Shown: piece by piece, positions 9,735-20,000 of the stretch
How positions within the stretch are numbered: position 1 is the stretch's first letter
Layout: every line of letters begins with the position of its first letter
DNA from: a virus
DNA: 64,000 bases
Strand: one strand, 5' to 3'
IMG/VR virus record: IMGVR_UViG_3300034683_000092
Span: 1-64,000 of that record
Made by a program: the position numbers and the translations under genes
The notes under the pieces: generated by a model
Databases searched by the model: none
Told to the model about the DNA's origin: nothing
Seen by the model: the letters and a program-made list of their open reading frames with translations, nothing else

Positions 9735-9872
9735 TAAGAGGCTAGAATAGTCTAGCCCCATCCGTTTTAAAGTGCAGTACGCCTGGCCTTGCAGGCGAGG
9801 CACTGTAGCGTTTTTACCGCTGATCTTTATATAGACTAGCCACGCTGTAGAAAGTGGCTAGGAGAAGCCGTA
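9735..9872 (-). ncRNA. GC-rich multi-hairpin element between the MCP stop and the tRNAs, ending in a terminator-like hairpin
   Basis: CTAGCCAC/GTGGCTAG, AGCG/CGCT, GTGC-CGCCTG/CAGGCG-GCAC and GGGGCTAGA/TCTAGCCTC stems. Confidence 0.55.
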
Positions 9873-11378
9873 TTAGCCTCTTAGTAAGTTAGGTATTAAA
9901 GACATCGTTCTTGTTGCATCCAAGATGAATACTCCACCCCACCACATTCTGTGGTATACTGCTGCATCTTCGTCAAAAGACATGTTTTCGTTACCCCAGC
10001 GTCCAGTAAACGGATCTCTCAATCCCCACTGAATACCACGAACTTCCTCATGATTTTTGATCTTAGCTAACTGAATGTTAGGAGCATCAAAGTTTGTTCC
10101 GATATAAAGAATGTCATATCTATAAGATTCTGCTACGCCGCCATTTGGATGCATAATTTTATTACGTACTGGATCATCATAGAATGGATCTACCTCGACC
10201 TTTACGATAACACCATTAGGAGCTTTAAACTCTGTAAACTGGAATCCAGCAGACATTGCATTGTCGTGCAAGTTAGAACTAGTCTTGCTTATGATTGCAG
10301 GGTTCTGAGCATTCAAGAAGCTCATAGCCTTCCATCCAGAAACAGTATCTAGTACTGCCTTATGGAATTGAGTTGCTCCTCTTTCACCAGTCTTCAAGAT
10401 GAAGCGTCTTTCACCAAACCCAAGCTTAGTAGTAGAGATTTCAGTAAGTGCATCCTCAATAAGCTTCAAGCTAAAGTTATTGTAATAGATAGTATTACCA
10501 TAAGCCATCTGCGCACGAAGGCCATCACCTTGACGAATAACATTACCACTCTTACCAATGTTTAGATATTCACCATTTGAGTTTCTATTACTAACACCAA
10601 ATGAAATAACGTTTGATTTTTCCTCAGAGAATTGCTGTTCAATAGTAAGCTCAACGTGTGACATCCACATGTTAGAAACAACCTTTTTGCCATTTCCATC
10701 AACAAACGGAATACCAACAGCCACCTTTTTATTGATCATGTCGCCCTCTGCCTTGTGCTGAATACGAATTTGAGAGAACTCATTACGCATAGAGATTGGA
10801 GTAGAGAATCTAACATCACCAACTTTACGAGAACCGCCTCTTTCTACAGGAGAATATTCTACGCTAAAACGCTTACCAAGTACAAGTTGTCCAGCAGGCA
10901 TACCCTCTGTTACACCGCCAGCCATTTCGCACTTATAGACAGCATTAGAACCCTCCATCTTGGGGTCTGCCTTAATAAGTATTGGGTAAACTTCATTAAG
11001 CTCACCAACGATCATGTTGCCGTCAGCAAACCAATCTTCTGAGAATACTAAATAGAATGGTGATCCACCAACTCCGACATTTGCTACATCGCTTGCAGCG
11101 ACGATAGACCCGTCTTCTCTACGAGCCTCTAACAAAGGAATATTACGCCTTGAACTACCAATTACTTCCCAAAAATAATCATCATCATTATCAAAGTATT
11201 TAACTGGGAACTGTTTCAAGTACGCCTCAGTATTTTTTCCGTAATGCAAAGATAAAAGTTGAATCATTACATCACTTGCTTTCTGCGGACTCTTTCTGTA
11301 GATAGCACCAATATGATTATCTTTTGATGTGCCTTTCCACGATGTGAATCCGACCATTTGCCATTTTCCTAAAGCCAT
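9873..11378 (-). CDS. Major capsid protein (crAss-like)
   Basis: 501 aa; MALGKWQMVGFTSWKG..KDNHIGAI, WEVIGSSRRNIPL.EAR, AGFQFTEF.APNG.....VDPFYDDPVRNK motifs; synteny. Confidence 0.92.
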   Translation of the reverse strand: MALGKWQMVGFTSWKGTSKDNHIGAIYRKSPQKASDVMIQLLSLHYGKNTEAYLKQFPVKYFDNDDDYFWEVIGSSRRNIPLLEARREDGSIVAASDVANVGVGGSPFYLVFSEDWFADGNMIVGELNEVYPILIKADPKMEGSNAVYKCEMAGGVTEGMPAGQLVLGKRFSVEYSPVERGGSRKVGDVRFSTPISMRNEFSQIRIQHKAEGDMINKKVAVGIPFVDGNGKKVVSNMWMSHVELTIEQQFSEEKSNVISFGVSNRNSNGEYLNIGKSGNVIRQGDGLRAQMAYGNTIYYNNFSLKLIEDALTEISTTKLGFGERRFILKTGERGATQFHKAVLDTVSGWKAMSFLNAQNPAIISKTSSNLHDNAMSAGFQFTEFKAPNGVIVKVEVDPFYDDPVRNKIMHPNGGVAESYRYDILYIGTNFDAPNIQLAKIKNHEEVRGIQWGLRDPFTGRWGNENMSFDEDAAVYHRMWWGGVFILDATRTMSLIPNLLRG

Positions 11379-11404
11379 GTTTTATTATTTAAAAATTGTT
11401 ATTA

Positions 11405-12523
11405 TTACGAAAGATCTAATTCACCAGGGAGCTTAGTATTAGATTCTCTAGACGACCTGCTGCCGCCAATAGAAAAGCTTGAGCTATCGGATTTTAGCAT
11501 CTTTTCAAGATTACTTATTTTCTTTTTTGATTGTTTGTTAACCTCTTTATCTATTACTTTACCAATGTCTTTAAAGCCATCAGTCAGCGTGTATAATAGA
11601 TTGAGTTTATAATTGTATTCGACCTTGTTTTCTTTTGCATATTTTTGCAGAGCCGTCATTGGATTACCATTCTCATCCTTTGCAACAGCTTTCGTTGCGG
11701 TCTCATAAATTTGATTTTGCATCTTTTTATCAAGCGTTATTCCAGCAATAGGCTCTCTTTCATTAAATACCATATTCTTGAAATCTTCTGCCTCTTTCTT
11801 TTGCTTTTGAACGAACGCCTTATGTTCTTCTTCTTTCTCTTTTAGAATTTCATCATATTCTGATTTGAAGTAGTCCTTGCTGCTTTCTAAAGCCTCTAAT
11901 GCGTCTTCTTTGTCTGTGCCATTGTCTACTGATTTATCAGCTTCTTTCTTGGCTCTTTCAGGCTTAAAACCTCTATTGATATAGTCCTGATAAATTAATT
12001 GTCGCCTTAGATTCTCGCCATCTTCAGTCTCAGCATTTATATCGTCTTCTTTAATAGAGTTAAGAATATTAAGTGTCTTCTCAAACCCCTGGACTTCATC
12101 AACTGGGACTCCAGTTTCTAATGCAGTCTTAATGCGTTTTTGCGTTTCGTCTAAATGATTATCTATTTGCTTTTTAAACAAATCGATTAAATCATCAGCG
12201 TTTTTAACTGACTCTAGAGACTCGTTGTCTAAATCAAGAACTCCATCTTCGGCAAGAGCCTTCGCTATGGAAGCATAATTGGGAGAACTCATGTCTTCCA
12301 CATCTTCTTCTGGCTCATCCTTGTTTTGATCAACTTCTTCGGCTACTCCCTCTTGACTCTCAAATAATTCGTCATCGCCGCCGTCTCCTTCGTCAGATTT
12401 ATTGTCGTCTTTTTCTTTATTACTATCTGAACCTAGGTCTTCTAATCCACCTAGTTTATCCATGTCTTCTTCTGTGCCATTTCCCAAGGCATCAAATAGA
12501 CCGTTCTCTTCATCCCAAATCAT
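11405..12523 (-). CDS. Putative capsid scaffolding protein
   Basis: Very acidic N-terminus with helical C-terminus, directly upstream of MCP as in crAss-like phages. Confidence 0.7.
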   Translation of the reverse strand: MIWDEENGLFDALGNGTEEDMDKLGGLEDLGSDSNKEKDDNKSDEGDGGDDELFESQEGVAEEVDQNKDEPEEDVEDMSSPNYASIAKALAEDGVLDLDNESLESVKNADDLIDLFKKQIDNHLDETQKRIKTALETGVPVDEVQGFEKTLNILNSIKEDDINAETEDGENLRRQLIYQDYINRGFKPERAKKEADKSVDNGTDKEDALEALESSKDYFKSEYDEILKEKEEEHKAFVQKQKKEAEDFKNMVFNEREPIAGITLDKKMQNQIYETATKAVAKDENGNPMTALQKYAKENKVEYNYKLNLLYTLTDGFKDIGKVIDKEVNKQSKKKISNLEKMLKSDSSSFSIGGSRSSRESNTKLPGELDLS

Positions 12524-12551
12524 AATTCTCTCCCAATTTTAATTTATTTTG

Positions 12552-12583
12552 CAAATATAATACCTTTTACATTAATAACCAAA
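12552..12583 (-). promoter_or_regulatory. Bacteroidota sigma-A-type promoter for the scaffold-MCP operon
   Basis: TTTG-N20-TATATTTG on the minus strand. Confidence 0.8.
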
Positions 12584-12636
12584 GACGTTTTATCTCTGGT
12601 TATTAATATCCGTTTTTGTTTATTAATCCATTTTTA

Positions 12637-13569
12637 CTATTTAGGTATAGATGTTAATAAAAGCTTCCTGTCTTCTTTTGCTATGTTATTCGTTCTACTA
12701 CGTGACATCGCTCCGCAGTCCTTGCATCTATAGACCGTAAATTCTCCAGTGTTAGAATAGAAACGTTTCTTCTCTGCAACAAGTTCATGCGATCCGCAAC
12801 AACTACAACTAAGTGGTTTGTCTACATTATATACACCCATGTTAGGATGCGATTTCATCCAAGGCCTTAGTTTTAAGTATACTAGTTCTGTGATTTCTAC
12901 ATCGTGAACATTATATTCTAGCATCTGATTTAAAGCTGCAATATCTCCATCTAGGCATTTAGTCCATAAAGAAAACTCAGTCTTATGTTTCATCGGAATA
13001 CCAAATAACTTAGCTAGATAATCAAGCTTTTTAGATGTAAAAGAGAAAGACTGTTTAGCTATCTCTAATGTATCAACTTGTCTATAAGGAGATGGTGGTT
13101 TCATGCCAGCTAAAATAAATCTAGTGTTAATCTTCTTAATGTCAAACCTTCTAGAGTTGTGTCCTACTACAATATCTGCTTCGTCCAACAAAGTCCATAA
13201 GCCTTGTAAAATCTTTGAGTCGTCCTCCACTTTAGCGTCTAATGGATCTACTGCCATAGCATGCATATCACCACCAACCCATTTGGCCGACCAGCATATA
13301 ATAAAAAAGTCGCTTAGCAATTGCTCTGGGCTATTATAGTCATTCCATAAAGACCATATATAGGACCTTAAAGGAGACGTCTCAATATCTAGAACAAGTA
13401 TCTTTTGCTTTTCGTTATTATCAAATTTTACCGCTCCAAATCGAACGTTGCTTTTAGCCAATTTAATAACATCCTGAGTAACCTTAAATCCTTTAGCTAG
13501 CTTACCAGCACCCATGTTTAACAAATATGGCTTTTCACGCATTAAAGCCTCGATTTCTTTTAATTGCAT
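12637..13569 (-). CDS. DnaQ/RNase H-like (DEDDy) 3'-5' exonuclease with C-terminal Zn ribbon
   Basis: LDIET, GHNSRRFD and YNVHDV motifs; CSCCGS...CKDCG. Confidence 0.85.
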   Translation of the reverse strand: MQLKEIEALMREKPYLLNMGAGKLAKGFKVTQDVIKLAKSNVRFGAVKFDNNEKQKILVLDIETSPLRSYIWSLWNDYNSPEQLLSDFFIICWSAKWVGGDMHAMAVDPLDAKVEDDSKILQGLWTLLDEADIVVGHNSRRFDIKKINTRFILAGMKPPSPYRQVDTLEIAKQSFSFTSKKLDYLAKLFGIPMKHKTEFSLWTKCLDGDIAALNQMLEYNVHDVEITELVYLKLRPWMKSHPNMGVYNVDKPLSCSCCGSHELVAEKKRFYSNTGEFTVYRCKDCGAMSRSRTNNIAKEDRKLLLTSIPK

Positions 13570-13573
13570 AATA

Positions 13574-14191
13574 TTAATTTTCTAGTTTTACAACTCGGAC
13601 AGAATCTATTCTAACCGATTTATTTTGATTCTCTAGCTTGTATTTTAATGTTTCGTCTTTTTTAAAATTGAATTTAATCAATCGTTTGAAAAATGGTTTT
13701 ACCCTATAGCTTTTTTCTATATAATAAATAAATGAAATATTGTCAGAAGACTCTGGAATGAATAAAATGCCTGTGCTATCTGCTTTTATTATGGCTTTAT
13801 TAAATGAGTCTTTTACAATTACTGTGTCTATCTCCAAATAGTGATCTATAACTTGAGGTATATAAAATGAATCTCTTAATGTTATAGCTGTTGAGCTAGC
13901 ATGTGTTGCTTGTTTGTTTTTGGATTCTATTGACTTTATCTTTTTTTCTAAAGACGTAACCATTGAATCTCCGCTTTCTTTCATTTGTCTTATATCCAAT
14001 CTCAATATAGCATTTTCTTTTGTGTTCTTGCTTATTATTCCTTTGTATGCGTTTATATTGTTATTAGATAGTTCAATCTCTTTATTTAGAGATTTGTTTT
14101 TATTAAAAAGCACTGCTGAGTATCCTATTAAAGATACTACAACAATGCCTAAGAATATGATAATCTTATTATTTATCATCTTGTTTATCAT
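13574..14191 (-). CDS. Putative spanin (Rz-like)
   Basis: N-terminal TM helix plus coiled coil, overlapping the holin-like gene. Confidence 0.55.
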   Translation of the reverse strand: MINKMINNKIIIFLGIVVVSLIGYSAVLFNKNKSLNKEIELSNNNINAYKGIISKNTKENAILRLDIRQMKESGDSMVTSLEKKIKSIESKNKQATHASSTAITLRDSFYIPQVIDHYLEIDTVIVKDSFNKAIIKADSTGILFIPESSDNISFIYYIEKSYRVKPFFKRLIKFNFKKDETLKYKLENQNKSVRIDSVRVVKLEN

Positions 14192-14654
14192 TTAGATCAA
14201 CATCATAATGCCTAGATGATTTATCTACTAATATTTTTTGAGCTAATCTAGCCCATTTACTTCCATTTGCTGAACTTGCATTTTCAAGACACGATATAAG
14301 TTGTCTTATTGCATAAGCGCCAGTGACTATCCTAGTCAAAAACATATCATCTATTTGAATGATTATTTTGTCTATTGCATAAGCGGCTAATATTAAAAGC
14401 ATTGCCTCAAACAAATTACTTGTTGCCCTACGTATCTTGGAAGACGAGAGCTTGCCCTTGCTTTTTTTATTTAACTTCTTTACTCTTACTGATAATCTCC
14501 ATGCGAAATAACAATCAGCCAATGTTAGCCCTGCTGCTAAAGCAAGGAATATCATAATTGGCTGATAAAATGTTAAAACGCTTAATGCTAATGGAATAAT
14601 GTATTTGTTTAGTATATCGTTAGTGAGATAAATCCCTGTTTGGTTTGGTATCAT
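14169..14654 (-). CDS. Putative holin
   Basis: Several TM segments, L.S.K..R, S.LEN and KILVDK..RH motifs typical of Bacteroidota phage holins. Confidence 0.7.
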   Translation of the reverse strand: MIPNQTGIYLTNDILNKYIIPLALSVLTFYQPIMIFLALAAGLTLADCYFAWRLSVRVKKLNKKSKGKLSSSKIRRATSNLFEAMLLILAAYAIDKIIIQIDDMFLTRIVTGAYAIRQLISCLENASSANGSKWARLAQKILVDKSSRHYDVDLNDKQDDK

Positions 14655-14694
14655 AGTTGTTAATATGGTTTTCTACGTCTCCCAAACATAGATA

Positions 14695-17019
14695 TTATTT
14701 ACTGCTTGTATTCTTTGTCTCTATTTTCTTCATTTCTATTTTAGACTTTTCATCAAACTGCCTTTTATCTTCATTTAAAAGCTCTCTTTCTTTATCTGTT
14801 AAAGATGCTTCTCCTTCAAGCTTCATCTTTTCTATTAAAAGTTTAGTTTGATTGTCCCTCTGATTTATCAAGTCTCTCAACGCCAGCTCTTTATCGACCT
14901 GTTCTAATTGCATCTGAGCTATTCGTTCGCTTGACTCTCTATTAGCTTTTGCTTCTTCTTGCCTCATCTGATTAAGCTTTTGCTCATCGTTTTCTATTCT
15001 TCTAGAAACAGATTGCATTGACGTATCAGAGTATATCTTTATAAGCGTAGAGAATGTCACTGCTTGATTTTGCATTGCGGCCTGTGCTAATGTATTAAGT
15101 CTATCAGCGTGCAACGCAGTAGAGTCTGATTCATCGTATACTAAACCATAGTCACATTCTGCGAATTCATCTCCATCAATGTTTATCACATTCATAGAGA
15201 AGTCGTCTAGTATATTCTGGAACTTCTTTGATTCACCCATCATAGCTATTTTAGCTGTTTCTATAAAACATTCTATAGCAGCTTTTTTGGCATCAGAGTG
15301 CATACTAAATAGCCATTCCGTTATATGCGATGATTGCAATGTCGCTCTTTCTATACCACCAACAGTTTCTCTTGAGCTAGTCTGACCCTCTCTTTGTCTT
15401 GAGATTCCAGCGACTTCACCCATCTCACTCTTAATGAATTCCATTAAGTTTATATGGTTTTGTATATAAGAACCAGTTTCTGCATCTAAAACTCCATTGG
15501 TATTGTTATTCATCATGCCAGAAAGCTTGCCTTTTGCAGCTCCGTAGTTTCCCTCTTTAAAGCTATCCGTGACTGCTATCTTGCTCTTCTTTGCGTAATA
15601 AAGCCATTTCTCTACGTCCCATCCAGATGGAATCATCGCTAAGTCTAACTTTAATATTCTACCCCAGTTAGCTGCAATGGCTTCATTTAGTCTGTCATTC
15701 AGAACATTATACATATAATTATAAGGTTTCATCATTTCAACAAGTGAGTAAGCTCTATTATTTGTCTGCGTATAAATCCTACCAACAATACCAAAGTGAC
15801 ATGCACTAGGGTTGCTTAGCCTATTGTATTGTATCTTTCTAGGTCTAATAAATGGGTATATGTCATCTCCTAGTTTAACGCCTTCCCATGCTTCGTTTAT
15901 CCAAAAAGTCTTTTCAGATTCCCCTAAATCTTTATTTATTTTATATGTCTCTGGATAAAACTCAGTTATCTCTTCCCCAGTCTCTGGGTCAAACGAAGTA
16001 ACTAGTTTAACCATGCGTCTTGACTTCCAAAAGAATCTAAGCCTTCTAATATTACCGTATTCATCCGTAGAAGCGTCATAGTAATGCGATGCTCCTGACG
16101 CAAATAACTGTATACCATTTAACAATTCGCTGGATTGAACGGCTTCGCCCTCTTCTCCAACAAATACAAAAGTCTCTCTTTCATCTCTGTTATGCATCTC
16201 GTCAGATGATGCACCTAGCATATCTCCATAAAGCTTTGCGCAATCCTCTTTTGTAAGATCTCTATAATAAATATCAGTTAGCTTTCCAGGACTACAATAA
16301 TCAGTTATTATAATCATATCTGCATCCTCTATCTTATTAGAGCTACCCATTTGGATTAAATCAACAGATCTTGTATCTAAAGCTTCTATAGTAGGCTCGC
16401 CACCTACAATGTCGCATGCGTATATCTCTTCTCCAGCAGTAAGACCGTGCATGAATCCATTATTAAAAATCATTGGAAAATTCAACTCTTTCCAATAATG
16501 ATTTAATAAAAAATTAGCTCTGACTTCTCTAATGTCTTGCCATTCGTATTTAAAGTAATCCTCTAATCTAGTGAGTTCCGCACTTGCAGACTCCTCATCA
16601 GGAAATGAGGCTTCTACCCATGATTGGATAGAAGCGCCTAAAGCAGCTTTTTTGTCGTTCTCCTTTGCTGATATAGCATCTGGATTAGTAACTATGATTC
16701 TTGGTATAGATTTTCTCTTATATTCCTCTCCCAAAAGAACATTAAGCTTGCTATTTATAATAGGCATGTGCTGGACTGTATCTGGAACAAAACCTGCATC
16801 TATACCGCTAGGGTTTAGCGTTGTTGCTATATCATCCATATGGATTTTTCCAGCAACTAAATCATAATTTATAATCTTTCGCCTTAGAGAAGAACGTAGC
16901 CCAGCGTCAGAAGATAGCCTCATGCTATCAGCCCATTCTATATTGGACTTTCGCCACTCTTTTGTCTTTTTGCTAAAAGGCAGTTGCTGTGGCGGAAATG
17001 TTCTTTTTTCTATTAACAT
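14695..17019 (-). CDS. Portal protein (start revised to MLIEKR)
   Basis: FPPQQLPFSKK..EWR, PIINSKLNVLLGEE.KR and GISRQREG....RETVGGIERA..QSSHITEWLF motifs; the ORF-track start overlaps the promoter. Confidence 0.9.
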   Translation of the reverse strand: MLIEKRTFPPQQLPFSKKTKEWRKSNIEWADSMRLSSDAGLRSSLRRKIINYDLVAGKIHMDDIATTLNPSGIDAGFVPDTVQHMPIINSKLNVLLGEEYKRKSIPRIIVTNPDAISAKENDKKAALGASIQSWVEASFPDEESASAELTRLEDYFKYEWQDIREVRANFLLNHYWKELNFPMIFNNGFMHGLTAGEEIYACDIVGGEPTIEALDTRSVDLIQMGSSNKIEDADMIIITDYCSPGKLTDIYYRDLTKEDCAKLYGDMLGASSDEMHNRDERETFVFVGEEGEAVQSSELLNGIQLFASGASHYYDASTDEYGNIRRLRFFWKSRRMVKLVTSFDPETGEEITEFYPETYKINKDLGESEKTFWINEAWEGVKLGDDIYPFIRPRKIQYNRLSNPSACHFGIVGRIYTQTNNRAYSLVEMMKPYNYMYNVLNDRLNEAIAANWGRILKLDLAMIPSGWDVEKWLYYAKKSKIAVTDSFKEGNYGAAKGKLSGMMNNNTNGVLDAETGSYIQNHINLMEFIKSEMGEVAGISRQREGQTSSRETVGGIERATLQSSHITEWLFSMHSDAKKAAIECFIETAKIAMMGESKKFQNILDDFSMNVINIDGDEFAECDYGLVYDESDSTALHADRLNTLAQAAMQNQAVTFSTLIKIYSDTSMQSVSRRIENDEQKLNQMRQEEAKANRESSERIAQMQLEQVDKELALRDLINQRDNQTKLLIEKMKLEGEASLTDKERELLNEDKRQFDEKSKIEMKKIETKNTSSK

Positions 17020-17034
17020 AAAATTAAATTTTTG

Positions 17035-17066
17035 CAAAGTTAAATAAAACAATCGCCAACAGCAAC
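17035..17066 (-). promoter_or_regulatory. Bacteroidota sigma-A-type promoter for portal
   Basis: GTTG-N20-TAACTTTG. Confidence 0.7.
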
Positions 17067-17085
17067 TCTTTTTAATCTAAAAACA

Positions 17086-20000
17086 TTAATTGTGTTTATT
17101 TTTGTAATTCCTATTAAAGTAATCATCATTGCCTAAATATGTGGCATCGTCTTTTCTTACACTCTTTTTGACTCCATCATCTCCAGCTAATCTGAGCCTA
17201 TCTTCACGCAGCAGCATTAGCATAGCTAAGGCATCTACACGGTCAGTATTGAGGTCTTCAGACCACATTGAAAGCTCTTGTAACAAGGCTCTGTACTTTA
17301 TAGTATGAAGCTTCATTATATTAACTTCTTCTATTTCGATACTGCCATCAGCTTTCTCTATTTGCCTTTCCATTTCTACAGGCTTTAATAGATAATCTCT
17401 GATACAACGCCTTCCGTATGGAGCTACTTGTCCGTAGTTTCCAACTCCTTTCTTTTTATTCCCATACGTACCTGGCTTTATTATTTCTTTATCTGCCAAA
17501 AACTCTAGCGTATCAGACAGTAGGTATAATGAATTATGCTGTGAGAAGTATTTAAATAATCCTTTTTTGTTATTTTCATAATTCAACTCTGCGTTATAAA
17601 ATAAGCAGGCTCTCCTGCATATTTCATAAAAGTCATCTGCAAACATTGGTCTTCCAGTATATTCAAATACTAAGTCGTCGGTAAATAAATCAAGTATATA
17701 AAAAGATCCTAAAGATAAAGTTTCAGAGGTGTCGTCGTCATCAGTTATGTTATCGTATAAGCTTTTTATCTTATACTTCTGGGAGTCACCTCCATACCAC
17801 ACCACCTCAATGTGGATACGTCTGTTAATTCAGACCAGCTCAGCATATATCATCATCCAAAACGATTGGATGGCGGGCACTCTTGGTGGATTATATTCTG
17901 CTTAAAAACAGTTTCACCACTATGCGTTACAATGTTTAATACTTTTAAATATTAAATTATCTCGGTATTTTCTATTAAGACTTCTACCGATTTTGCCCAC
18001 TTATTCAATTAGTGTTACCACTAAAGGGTGCTAAATCAACACGTCACTACCAGCTATATATCTTCCACTTGGGACTTTACCACTGGAATCCTTTTCTGGC
18101 ATTCTAAGGATATGAACGGCTCCTTCTTTTTTATTATCTTTATGAGGAAACTCCATTATTGGTTGTAAATCTGAATCAGGTTTAAACTTAACCTCTCCAT
18201 CTTCAATGTATAGATACCCGACATACATGTCATTATAAGAAGACGGATTTGAGTCTAACTCATTAATTCTATCATTTAATTCAGCAGACGGGAATATAGA
18301 TCCACTTCTTCTCATGATTGCATCTTGTAATGTAAATGCAGTTTCAGCTTTACGTCTAGTAAGCATCATTGGGTCTGATGAATTATACTTCAGATTAACC
18401 CTATACTTTATCTCAGAAAGCATTGCACCGATTACGTCAGATACACCATCTTTATTATAATAACCAATTCTATTTATATATCCTGGGAAAAAGAATATGG
18501 TTTTTCTACTACCATTTGATCCTTTATCATAGAAGTTTGGTAGTCCATATATGTTATAACCAGATGGGCTTTGTATCAATTCTAATGCTCCTGTAAAGTC
18601 TGAATTCTCTTCACCACCTGTTCCAATAGAGTAACTTTGCCCAGCAGCAGCCTGCCCTTCTTGCACGTTTGGTAATGTTGTCTGGTAAAAATCTAAGTAA
18701 TTTGGGAAGAACCCAAACTCTTCTACAGCCTGAAAAGATGAATTATGCGTTATAACAAAGTCTCCAATAAGATATAAATGGCTATCATTATCTACTGTTA
18801 CACATTTAGCTTGCTCTCTTCCAACTAGTTCTATATTTATTATTCTTGATTTACTAGGACATTTGTTTATTCTAACAGAATGACTACCTGAATAACAGCC
18901 CCATCCTAAGCTTCTAGCTATTCTGGATATAATCTCTACTTCTTTTTTGTCTAAGTCATTGAGCCACAGGTAGTTATAGTAAATATTGTCGTCGTATTTG
19001 GCTTTAAAATACTGAAGCCTTTGATATATTGATAACTCCAATATGTTACCACCAGAATCAACAAACTCAACTACATCTACATCTTTCTCGCATAAAGCCT
19101 CTATTGGGCTACAGCTTCTTATATAGACATAATTTGATTTCATTAAGTCTATTAGCTCCTCTGTCGTTTTATCGACTTTCTTGCCAAGTATATCAACTTG
19201 CCATAAGTGATCTAAAGTAGAATGAACCGTTCTTCCATCTGATAGTTCTATTTTATAAATATCTTGTTCTCCAACCTCATGTATTTGTATAACATTTGTT
19301 GGTTTTCCATCATCTCCTATTAGTGTATCTCCAAGTTTAATGTCTCCCCACTTTTTAATACCAGAATATGTTATTACTTTTTCAGAGTATGGATGAGGCC
19401 TCTTACCACGGGCTTTACCTGGGTCATCTTTAATAGCTAGTCCCAATACCTCGTTTTGCGAACCTCTAGGCCTATTCTCTGAGTCCATAAACCCACTCTT
19501 CCACTGCATCTCAGACATCGAATCCTTGAGCCTTAATGATGGAAATTCAGTATGGTCTCCACAATGATTAATAGCATTAACAAACTTATCTAACGTACCA
19601 TCTTTATTTAGATACTCTTTTAAGTAAGAAAACATATTAGCTTTAACCTTTGACTTATTGAAGTCATCCTCTCCAAGTAAAAACAGTTTTGCTAATATAG
19701 CCGCTACGGAATAAGAGTTGTGAGTTGGTACACACTCATTTATCAAATAGCAGCCAGATTCATTATCAACTGTAACGCATTTACATTGCTTTTCACCAAT
19801 TTCTACAACGTTTGTTATTTCTGATTTATCGCCAAACTCTTCAATCGAACATGGGCTGTTTTTTATATAATAAGAATGATCTTTGTTTTGTAAACATAAA
19901 CTTAGATCATACGTGCTTAAATCTATATGGGTTATATCGTTATCTCTGTATATAATCCATTCGTGATCTATAGATGCCTCGACTGATCTACCATCTGATA

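Noticed and set aside
341-16867. Many short plus-strand ORFs in the late region (and minus-strand ORFs in the early region)
   Set aside because: Antisense or alternate-frame shadows of long real genes, with no motifs or initiation context
17086-17805. ORF-track protein starting MVWYGG as an independent gene
   Set aside because: Its first ~21 codons are intron sequence; the rest is terL exon 2
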